This document shows positions 8,719 through 17,018 of a DNA stretch of 64,000 nt, one piece after another; the first letter of the stretch is position 1; every line of letters begins with the position of its first letter. Origin of the DNA: a virus (Duplodnaviria > Caudoviricetes); IMG/VR virus record IMGVR_UViG_3300028534_000024, positions 1 to 64,000 of that record; one strand, given 5' to 3'. The notes beneath the pieces were generated by a model that was not told the origin of the DNA, made no database searches, and worked only from the letters and a program-made list of their open reading frames with translations. The position numbers were made by a program, and so were the translations under genes.

Positions 8719-10119
8719 ATGCTTATGGGATTATTTTCAAAAAAGAAAGAAGAGCCTGAAGTTAATGAATATATAGATGATGTTACAGGTATAGCATCTA
8801 TAAGAATTGGTAGCGAATATAGTTCTAGAATGGTTAAACATCTACAAGATGGGGATACAACTCAACCTAAAGGAGTTAATGATACTAAAATAAATGATAC
8901 ATACTTAACAAGTGATTTAGTACATAAATGTATAGAATATCTAGCTACTACAGTATCTCAAGTAAGATTCAGTGTTAAACAAAAAGGCAAAGATACCAAC
9001 TTACTTGAGCCAATTAAAGATAAAAAATTAGCACTTATGTTTGATACTGCACCTAATCCTTATCAGACGTGGGGGGAGTTATTATACATAGATACTTTAG
9101 CTACTCAACTTACAGGTAACTCTTATATAACATTTGAAAAAGTAAAAGGTAAGTATGAAATGTGGGCTATAACTAACCCACAAGAAATGGAAGTAATTGT
9201 TAATGAGACTGAGGGTACCGTTATAGGATATAAATATAATAGTCTAATAGATTACTCTTATGATGAAATTATACATAATAGATTACCAATATTAGGAAAT
9301 AATTACTATGGTGCTTCCACTATTCAATCATTATTAGATCAGTTATTTTTAGAGGGATATGGTACACAGGATTTAATTGAGTTCTATAAAAATAGTCTAG
9401 TTAGTACATCTATATTAACTAGTGAACAGCCATTAACTAAAAAACAAGCAAAAGATTTAACTGAAACCTTAGGAAAAGATTATAATATATCTAAAGGTAT
9501 GAGACACTCACTTATTGTATTACCTAATAATTTATCTGTTAAACCTCTTAAAATGAACCCTAAAGAAGCTATGTTATTAGATTCATTAAATATATCAGAA
9601 GATAGGGTATTATCTGCTTTTAAATTACATAAAATGGTATTAGGTGGTAAAATAGAGACTTATACACATAATATAGATGACTTACTACAACTTCAATTCA
9701 CTAATGCTATACGCCCTATTATAAATAGGGTAGTAGATAAGATACAATCATTCTTAAGAAGAGTAACTAAGAATGATAAATTAGTAATTGAAGTTGACTA
9801 TAGTTACTTACCTGAAGTTAAACTAGCTAAGTTGACTAATCAAGATACTGCAAGAAATCTATATGTGTCTGGATTGTGTTCACTTAATGAGGCTAGAGAA
9901 ATACTAGGGCTTCCTGCTATTGATGCAGAATTAGCTAATCAGAATCACCTACCTAGTTTCTTAGTTGGTACAGATCTACACACTATTCAGAATCTTACTC
10001 CAGAAGTAATAGATAAGATAAGGAATAGTGTAGATGGTACATCCACTAATAACGATACGATGAATACTGATATACTAGGTGGTGCTAATACAGGTAAACA
10101 AGATAAGATAGATGTTTAA
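8719..10119 (+). CDS. Portal protein, HK97 family (likely start 8725)
   Basis: VHKCIEYLATTVS, PNPYQTWGEL, LTGNSY, IIHNR and SLNEAREILGLP motifs; first gene of the head module. Confidence 0.92.
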   Translation: MLMGLFSKKKEEPEVNEYIDDVTGIASIRIGSEYSSRMVKHLQDGDTTQPKGVNDTKINDTYLTSDLVHKCIEYLATTVSQVRFSVKQKGKDTNLLEPIKDKKLALMFDTAPNPYQTWGELLYIDTLATQLTGNSYITFEKVKGKYEMWAITNPQEMEVIVNETEGTVIGYKYNSLIDYSYDEIIHNRLPILGNNYYGASTIQSLLDQLFLEGYGTQDLIEFYKNSLVSTSILTSEQPLTKKQAKDLTETLGKDYNISKGMRHSLIVLPNNLSVKPLKMNPKEAMLLDSLNISEDRVLSAFKLHKMVLGGKIETYTHNIDDLLQLQFTNAIRPIINRVVDKIQSFLRRVTKNDKLVIEVDYSYLPEVKLAKLTNQDTARNLYVSGLCSLNEAREILGLPAIDAELANQNHLPSFLVGTDLHTIQNLTPEVIDKIRNSVDGTSTNNDTMNTDILGGANTGKQDKIDV

Positions 10120-10142
10120 ATTTTAAATTAAAAAGGATTGGT

Positions 10143-10721
10143 ATGGAAGAAACCATATATGATTTTGTCAAGCTTTCTGAGGTGGACACATCTCAGGAAG
10201 ATATTATAATAGTTAAAGGTTATGCTAATAAGTATAAGTGGAAAGGTAATGTTGAAGTTGATTCTTATGGTACAACTTTTGTCCCTACTGCATATGACTT
10301 AGAGGTATATAAACTTAACCCAGTTATTCTTTACATGCATGACATTACTCAACCTGTAGGTAAATGTCAAATAATAAAGATAACTGATGAAGGGCTTTAT
10401 ATTGAAGCTATAATTTATAAGTCGGTTAATGAGATGGTATTTAATGCTGTAAAAACAGGTATACTTAATGGATTCTCTATTGGAATACATATTAAGGCAG
10501 AGGAATATTCACAAGTACTAGATGCTTATGTTGTAACTGAAGGGGAATTGATTGAAATATCACTTGTAACAACACCATCAAATACTAAAAGTGTTATTGA
10601 AAATGTTGATTTATGTGAGTTAGGTGCTTGTCAAGTTTTAAGAAGTAGAAAAGATACTACAGCTAGAAATATTGATAAAGCTATGATTAGAGAAATGGTT
10701 AAGAAAGCCTTAAATCTATAA
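10143..10721 (+). CDS. Prohead maturation protease (HK97-type)
   Basis: KGYAN, LYMHD, GFSIG and EISLVTTPSN catalytic motifs. Confidence 0.92.
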   Translation: MEETIYDFVKLSEVDTSQEDIIIVKGYANKYKWKGNVEVDSYGTTFVPTAYDLEVYKLNPVILYMHDITQPVGKCQIIKITDEGLYIEAIIYKSVNEMVFNAVKTGILNGFSIGIHIKAEEYSQVLDAYVVTEGELIEISLVTTPSNTKSVIENVDLCELGACQVLRSRKDTTARNIDKAMIREMVKKALNL

Positions 10722-10739
10722 TATATTAAACTTGAAAGG

Positions 10740-11153
10740 ATGCACATGGAAAAAGAAGAAATATTTAATATAGTAAAAGAGGTAGTTGCTGAGCTTGTAC
10801 CACAGATTGAACCTCAAGAAGAACCTGAAGTTGAACCTGAAGTTGAACCTCAAGAAGAACCTCAAGAAGAACCTGAAGTTGAACCTGAAGTTGAACCTCA
10901 AGATGAACCTCAAGAAGAACCTGAAGTTGAACCTCAAGAAGAACCTGAAGTTGAACCTCAAGGAGAGCCAAAAAGTGACACTAATTCGGACGCCAAATCA
11001 TTTAATGATACCTTAACTTCTATTGAAAATAGTTTAGCAAATGATTCCGATGAACTAACAGAAGACGAAAAACAACTTATAGAATTTATTATGTTAAACT
11101 ATGATAAATTAGAAAGTAAGGTCGATAAATTAATTAATAATCAAGGAGATTAA
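10740..11153 (+). CDS. Acidic EPEV/EPQE-repeat protein, probable scaffold (likely start 10746)
   Basis: Lies between protease and capsid genes; low-complexity acidic linker plus helical C-terminus. Confidence 0.6.
   Translation: MHMEKEEIFNIVKEVVAELVPQIEPQEEPEVEPEVEPQEEPQEEPEVEPEVEPQDEPQEEPEVEPQEEPEVEPQGEPKSDTNSDAKSFNDTLTSIENSLANDSDELTEDEKQLIEFIMLNYDKLESKVDKLINNQGD
10805..10965 (+). repeat. 12-nt unit coding repeat (GAACCTGAAGTT / GAACCTCAAGAA)
   Basis: Read directly. Confidence 0.9.
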
Positions 11154-12326
11154 ATGGCTTTAGATACAATCAAAGCATTACAAGATAAAATCGCTGCTCT
11201 TGAAACAAGAATGGGCGAAATGTCAGAAAGAAAACCAAAAGGTGAAATTCAGAGACCTGAGATATCACAAAAAGAAGTAAGAAATAAGGCTTCTAATCTT
11301 TATCTATTATCTAGAATTAGAGATGTAGCTCCTCAAAGTCTTGCAACATACAATGATGTTAAAGAACTAGCAACTCGTGCTATGGTACCTGCGGACACAC
11401 CTGATTGGCTAGCAGAAGAGTTTAGTAAAGATATTTATGAAAGAATGTCTCTTATTGCTAATGTTGAGAGTCTATTCCCTAAATATACAATACCTAGTAA
11501 TGTAGAGGCACTTAGTATACCTCAAAAAACATCTAAAACAAAAGCTTATCTGATTCAGCCAGCAGCTGACGCTATTCAATCAGCTATTACTGCTGCTAAA
11601 GTAACATTTAGAGCTAAAAGATTGGTAACACTTGCTACTCTTACAGATCAAGCCGATGATGAAACAGTTGTAATGCTTACAGAAATGATTAAAAATGATA
11701 TAGCAGAATCACTTGTTCTTGCTATGGAAAATGCAATCATAAATGGAGATGAAACTGCTGGAGATACAAACATTAACGGTTCAACTGTAGGTAATGATGC
11801 AACTGATCAACTAAGAACATTTAATGGACTTAGAAAAATTACAATGGATAATGATAATACTGTTGACTTTGGTGGGGCATTAGATTATGCTACTATAGCA
11901 GGTATGAGAAAACTAATGGGTAAAGATGGTATTAACCAATCTGAACTTGTTTATATTGTATCGCCTTCAACTTATCATCAACTTGTTCTACTCCCAGAAG
12001 TATTAACAGTTGACAAATATGGCTCTAAGGCAACTGTTGTTACAGGTGAAGTAGCAAAAATAGGAGCAATTCCTGTTGTTGTATCAGAATTTGTACCAGA
12101 AGATTTGGATGCTACTGGTGTATATGCAGATGGTGGAGATAAGACAGTTATTATTCTTGCAAAAAGAAAATATTTCGCTGTAGCTGATAGAGGAATGGCT
12201 GGATTTGAAAGAGATAGAAATGTTATTTCTGCAACTAACATTTATGTTGGACATAGGGATGTAGATTTCAATCCACTTCTACCAGATAAGGAAATATCTG
12301 TTCTAGGATTCAATGTAGCTACTTAA
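11154..12326 (+). CDS. Major capsid protein, HK97 fold
   Basis: N-terminal coiled coil, EEFSKDIYE, AIINGD, YIVSPSTY..L, IPVVVSEFVP and GHRDVD motifs; position in head module. Confidence 0.9.
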   Translation: MALDTIKALQDKIAALETRMGEMSERKPKGEIQRPEISQKEVRNKASNLYLLSRIRDVAPQSLATYNDVKELATRAMVPADTPDWLAEEFSKDIYERMSLIANVESLFPKYTIPSNVEALSIPQKTSKTKAYLIQPAADAIQSAITAAKVTFRAKRLVTLATLTDQADDETVVMLTEMIKNDIAESLVLAMENAIINGDETAGDTNINGSTVGNDATDQLRTFNGLRKITMDNDNTVDFGGALDYATIAGMRKLMGKDGINQSELVYIVSPSTYHQLVLLPEVLTVDKYGSKATVVTGEVAKIGAIPVVVSEFVPEDLDATGVYADGGDKTVIILAKRKYFAVADRGMAGFERDRNVISATNIYVGHRDVDFNPLLPDKEISVLGFNVAT

Positions 12327-12335
12327 TAGTTACAC

Positions 12336-12353
12336 ATAGGGGATTACCCCTAT
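12336..12353 (+). terminator. Hairpin after the capsid gene
   Basis: ATAGGGG-ATTA-CCCCTAT. Confidence 0.55.
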
Positions 12354-12427
12354 GGATATTATATCCCTTATATTTGAATATACTTTATTTGTATATTCTA
12401 TATATTTAAATATAAAGGATTTAATAA

Positions 12428-12685
12428 ATGAAATATTTTATTACATATTTACTAAAAGGTGATTACAGATTAGGAACTAAGTTAGTTTGTAAATCTGGTA
12501 CACAAACTGAAGTATCTGAGGATATTTTTAATTACTTAAATAGTACTTTTGGTGATTCTGGATGGTTCACTTTTAAGAAAGAGAAAGAGTTTACAGAAGC
12601 TAAACCTAAAAAAACTAGAAAGAAAAAAGAAGAATCTATAGAAGAAGTAATTGATATAGATAAGTCACAAGACCTATCTGAATAA
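12428..12685 (+). CDS. Small head-module protein
   Basis: ORF with AAGGA RBS and basic KKTRKKK tail. Confidence 0.7.
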   Translation: MKYFITYLLKGDYRLGTKLVCKSGTQTEVSEDIFNYLNSTFGDSGWFTFKKEKEFTEAKPKKTRKKKEESIEEVIDIDKSQDLSE

Positions 12686-12702
12686 TTTAAAAGGATTAAC
12701 AT

Positions 12703-13881
12703 ATGATTGATAATAAAACAATCTATAGTGAACATCCTTTTTATAATCAATTTGTAAAGTGGAGTGGACTAGAACTTAATAGTGAAAACTACTTTATGAT
12801 AAATACAGCACTTTTCGGTGCTGAAGATTATATATCTCAGAGATTTGACATAAAACTTTCTCCTATTAATATCATAGAACACTTCGATACTAATACCCAC
12901 CCAAGATATAGAATAAGTAAACTTTTAAATGTTATGTCTAATACTTTATTATTACCATCAGTTAGGTATTATAATAAAACTACTAATGAGTATGAAAATG
13001 TAGATGGGCAATATTCATTTAATGATAGTTTAAATGTAACAGAAGATAGTACTATTACTTATTTAACTGGTTATATAGGAAAACAAGATATAACTTTCGA
13101 TGTTCAACCTAGTGGTACATTTGACAATAAAGCACCATTACAGCCATTGATATACTTTAATGATATACTAGTGGATACTCCTATTTATACATTAGAAGAT
13201 ACTATAGAGGTAGTTGTAGAGGGAGAAATAGGAAGTAACATTTATGTTAATGAAAAAAATACTACTATTAATATAGGCGATGATGGTACAGCTACTATAT
13301 CATTAAATATTAATAGTAGGATTACAACATATAGAATAACACTAGTAGATACTATGAATAATGTATCTGAGAGAAATAATATTCTTATTCTTAAACAGGA
13401 AAATCAGAATATCTTAAATTTGATACTTTTAGGTCAGGAGTTGGTTACTAACAATAATGAACTTAAAGTTTCTATTTATTTGTCTGAGAGTGGTAATTTG
13501 ATTATAAATGGATTAGATAAAGGTATGTACACTAAAGGAATTCACGAAATAATAGTAGATAATCTTGATGGTTCATACATTATACTTCAATTAGTTAATG
13601 ATAATAGAATATCTGATGATATCGTTATACCATACTCTATAGTAACATATGATGATAATTATGTCAAGGCAGTTAATAAACATCTCCTTGATATTCCGTA
13701 TATACCTATGGATTTATTAATAGCTTTCTTTAAGTTAACTCAGCACTTATACCATAGTACATTATATAAAGATGATAATATCGATAGGTACTCAGCAGGT
13801 ACATCAAAATCAATATCATTTACATCTCATAGAATACCTAAAGATATACTTGAAGTACTTAGTTTGTATATAGAATATTAA
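12703..13881 (+). CDS. Head-tail adaptor (gp6/gp15-like) with a large beta-rich insertion
   Basis: AEDYISQRF N-terminus and IPMDL...IPKDILEVL C-terminus typical of adaptors; position. Confidence 0.65.
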   Translation: MIDNKTIYSEHPFYNQFVKWSGLELNSENYFMINTALFGAEDYISQRFDIKLSPINIIEHFDTNTHPRYRISKLLNVMSNTLLLPSVRYYNKTTNEYENVDGQYSFNDSLNVTEDSTITYLTGYIGKQDITFDVQPSGTFDNKAPLQPLIYFNDILVDTPIYTLEDTIEVVVEGEIGSNIYVNEKNTTINIGDDGTATISLNINSRITTYRITLVDTMNNVSERNNILILKQENQNILNLILLGQELVTNNNELKVSIYLSESGNLIINGLDKGMYTKGIHEIIVDNLDGSYIILQLVNDNRISDDIVIPYSIVTYDDNYVKAVNKHLLDIPYIPMDLLIAFFKLTQHLYHSTLYKDDNIDRYSAGTSKSISFTSHRIPKDILEVLSLYIEY

Positions 13882-13889
13882 GGCTAATT

Positions 13890-14438
13890 ATGGCAGTTAA
13901 GATTATAGACTTAAAAGATGATTATATAAAGTTTCGTACTAATTTAAGAGCTTTAGGTTTTAAAGGTGATTCATTAAATATAGGTGTTAAAGTAGCTGAA
14001 GATTTTCTTGATAAGTTTCATATTATGCAAGTTGCTAAGTTTCAGACTGCTAAAAATAAAGTAGCTAGATTAGAAAAAAATTTAAAAAAGAAATTAAGTG
14101 ATCCGTTACCTAATAGTTTAAAAGGTAAAAGGAGACATTTTAATAGAAAATATCCTTATGCTAATTCAGGATCTTTAAAAGATTCTGTGCATCTGAAACT
14201 AGAAAAATCCGTTAGTGAGAAAAGATGGGTATATGAGTTCACAGGCATGGCGTATGGTAAAGATAATAATAGTTATGATCATGCTAATTTAACAAATAAA
14301 AATATAACTAAATTATATCCACACAAAAGAAAAGTTGCTTGGGAACATTGGTGGGATGAAGCAATGGATAGAGGACACTCTTATGGTATTGTAGGAGCTA
14401 AGGATTTAATGGAAAGTCTATTTAAGAAAGGACAATAG
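13890..14438 (+). CDS. Neck protein (HK97 gp10-like)
   Basis: YPYANSGSLKDSV motif; position. Confidence 0.55.
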   Translation: MAVKIIDLKDDYIKFRTNLRALGFKGDSLNIGVKVAEDFLDKFHIMQVAKFQTAKNKVARLEKNLKKKLSDPLPNSLKGKRRHFNRKYPYANSGSLKDSVHLKLEKSVSEKRWVYEFTGMAYGKDNNSYDHANLTNKNITKLYPHKRKVAWEHWWDEAMDRGHSYGIVGAKDLMESLFKKGQ

Positions 14439-14878
14439 TGAGAGAAGAAGATTTAATAGATAGCCTATCTGATATATTAACTAATTTAAAAACATCTGAT
14501 GATAAATTTGCAACTCCATTATTTAAAAAAGTTATTAAAAATAATATTCCAATATGGACAGCAATAAATGATACGCCATCTATTGCTTTTTATATTTCGC
14601 ATACAGAATATACTAATAATAGATATAGTAATAATGTAGTTGCAGAGGTTGTAATATTTATATATAATAGACATAAAAAAACAGGATTATCGTTAGATGA
14701 TATTTTAAGTCCTCTTGTTACTAAAACTAGATATGCTGTAAAAGAATTAGTTAATCAAAATGAAAATATTATATCATCCGATATAATAGAAAGTAATAAA
14801 GATGGTGGTACAATACTACCATACACGGTAGCTGAGCTTGTATTTCAAGTCGAATTCGTAGAGGAACCATTGTGTTAA
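14438..14878 (+). CDS. Probable tail terminator
   Basis: Size, position before the tail tube gene, PSIAF motif. Confidence 0.55.
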   Translation: MREEDLIDSLSDILTNLKTSDDKFATPLFKKVIKNNIPIWTAINDTPSIAFYISHTEYTNNRYSNNVVAEVVIFIYNRHKKTGLSLDDILSPLVTKTRYAVKELVNQNENIISSDIIESNKDGGTILPYTVAELVFQVEFVEEPLC

Positions 14879-14887
14879 TACTAAAAT

Positions 14888-14901
14888 GTGACACTAAGGT
14901 C
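14888..14901 (+). promoter_or_regulatory. Candidate late-promoter motif GTGACACTAAGGTC (second copy)
   Basis: Identical to 8575-8588; about 30 nt before the tail tube start. Confidence 0.5.
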
Positions 14902-14932
14902 CCACGAAATTTTTAAAATATAAAGGATTAAA

Positions 14933-15934
14933 ATGGCATTACAAAAATCGAATGCTACAATAGCAGCATTTAAACTAGAACCTACATTTAAAGAAGCCGT
15001 TACCTTTGAAGATAAAGATGTTGTACCATATAACTCTTTAAGTTGGAAACCTGAGACTGATACTATAGAACGAACCTATTTAAATTCTAAAAGTTTGATT
15101 GCAGGTAAACCACTTCAAGGTAAATCAACAGCTAGTGGTTCTATACAACTAGAGGTAATACCTGATGCATCAGACTCAACTATACTTGTCGGAGATGTAC
15201 TTTATCAAGTAGCATTAGGTAAATATACAGCTAATGGTGCTGAAATAGATTTAACTAATCATACAATTGTAGATCATATATCTGCTGCTGATGGTGATGC
15301 AGGAATGTATTATCTATCTGATGGTAGTGAAGCTATTCAATCTATGGGTGCTAAATATGTTATAGGTGGTGTAGAAGCTAATTCTGTCGATATTAGAGGA
15401 ATTCTTATTAGCTCGCTTAAATTTACTTTCCCGACCCAAGGATTAGTAACAGCAGATTTCGAAATGGGTGGATCTACAGGGTTTATTCCAGTTGACCAAG
15501 GTACAGATTTAGCAGATTTCTGTAGTTCAATGACTCCACATGTTGCCAGAGGAATGACAGTAACTATAGATGGTGTTGCTGTATGTGCTACAGATTTGGA
15601 ACTAACTATAACAAATGAAATAGCGGATTATGTGTGTGTTACACAAACAGGTGTCGGGGAGAAATCAGTAACTAAAAGAACAATCGAAGGTTCATTTAAA
15701 ATTGCTTTTGAAAATCTTGATCAAATAAATGCGTATAATGCATGGCAAGAAGCTTCAATATTCGCATACTCTGTAACATTAGATGGTAAAGAATTTGCTA
15801 TTGAGTTACCTAAGACACAAAGAACAAGTTTAGATTTAGCTGATGATAATGGTATATTTACACAAACAGTTACATTCTCAGTAATTGATGATTGTGCAAA
15901 TGGGAATTTACCAATTAAGATAGCATCTAAATAG
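14933..15934 (+). CDS. Major tail tube protein
   Basis: ASGSIQLE and RTIEGSFKIAF motifs; position. Confidence 0.8.
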   Translation: MALQKSNATIAAFKLEPTFKEAVTFEDKDVVPYNSLSWKPETDTIERTYLNSKSLIAGKPLQGKSTASGSIQLEVIPDASDSTILVGDVLYQVALGKYTANGAEIDLTNHTIVDHISAADGDAGMYYLSDGSEAIQSMGAKYVIGGVEANSVDIRGILISSLKFTFPTQGLVTADFEMGGSTGFIPVDQGTDLADFCSSMTPHVARGMTVTIDGVAVCATDLELTITNEIADYVCVTQTGVGEKSVTKRTIEGSFKIAFENLDQINAYNAWQEASIFAYSVTLDGKEFAIELPKTQRTSLDLADDNGIFTQTVTFSVIDDCANGNLPIKIASK

Positions 15935-15959
15935 ATATAGTAATTAAGAAAGGATCACT

Positions 15960-16370
15960 ATGGCATTAACATTTAAAGCAAAAAAACTACAGGACACATT
16001 TACTTATATCCCAGAAAGTCAAAGAGGAGAAGAAAAACCCTTCTCTGTTGAGTTTAAAAGGATACCACTAGATGTATTAGCAGAACTACAGGATGAATCT
16101 ATTGGACTATCTCAATCTGGTACTTATACAATTAATATAAATCAACAACATCTTAAGGCCCTTAAATATGCCCTTATTGGGTGGGAAAATATAGACGATG
16201 GTAAGAAACCTATTAAGTTCAGAATAGTACATAATCAAGCATCTGATGAATCTCTAGAAGTTCTTCCACCAGAGATTAGAGCTGAGATAGCTTCTGTTAT
16301 TATAGAAGTTAGTAAAGATCCTGCTAGTGCAGATAAGATTTTAGGGAATGAAGATGGAGAAGATAAATAA
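15960..16370 (+). CDS. Tail assembly chaperone
   Basis: ALIGWENI motif; between tail tube and tape measure genes. Confidence 0.75.
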   Translation: MALTFKAKKLQDTFTYIPESQRGEEKPFSVEFKRIPLDVLAELQDESIGLSQSGTYTININQQHLKALKYALIGWENIDDGKKPIKFRIVHNQASDESLEVLPPEIRAEIASVIIEVSKDPASADKILGNEDGEDK

Positions 16371-16998
16371 AGATTTATTTCCTAAAAGTACACTATATCC
16401 TAAAGAGTATTCTTTTGAATCCTCTATTGGATATATAGACTTCAAAGCATTAACTTACAGAGAAATTGATAATCTCTATTCTAAGTATTCTATGAGACCT
16501 AATGCACTCAAAATAAATACTGTTAAACTCTCATTAATAGACTCTTCTATACTTCCTAACCTTTCTCAAAATATTATTGATAATTTATTTGATTTAATAA
16601 TCTATGTTTCTACTCTAACAAAAGATGAGTTTGCTACTATAGAGGATGCTCTTCATATAATGAAAGAAGATCAATTTGAGGATAAAACTTTTAAATCATG
16701 TAAGTTATGTAAGGAAAGTGGCTACGATAAATTACGAAATTGTCCAATGTTAGATAAAAAATATCATTCTAGAGATGTGTTTTACTTAGTAAATAATAAA
16801 AAACTAAATGAATGTCCTATGGATAATATAAATAATAATGAAATGGTGTCAGACGCTATATCTGCTTATATTATGTATAAAGATAAGTTATTACCTATAT
16901 TAGGCGGATTAACAGAACAGACTACATATTTTTTTAGGGTAGCTCCTATGGCTTATAGTATTTTATATCAACCTAGTTTAAAAGATATAGATAAATAG
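16348..16998 (+). CDS. Second tail assembly chaperone-like protein with Cys cluster
   Basis: Overlaps upstream gene; C..C......C...CP motif; GGLTEQ near the C-terminus. Confidence 0.6.
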   Translation: MKMEKINKDLFPKSTLYPKEYSFESSIGYIDFKALTYREIDNLYSKYSMRPNALKINTVKLSLIDSSILPNLSQNIIDNLFDLIIYVSTLTKDEFATIEDALHIMKEDQFEDKTFKSCKLCKESGYDKLRNCPMLDKKYHSRDVFYLVNNKKLNECPMDNINNNEMVSDAISAYIMYKDKLLPILGGLTEQTTYFFRVAPMAYSILYQPSLKDIDK

Positions 16999-17018
16999 CG
17001 AAATAAAAAGGATTATAT

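Noticed and set aside
10716-11016. Low-complexity ORFs (RFNFRFFL, LLEVQLQV, NLKKNLKL)
   Set aside because: Alternative-frame shadows of the EPEV/EPQE repeat
16330-16370. Canonical -1 tail-chaperone frameshift
   Set aside because: Downstream ORF is +1 and no slippery heptamer is present
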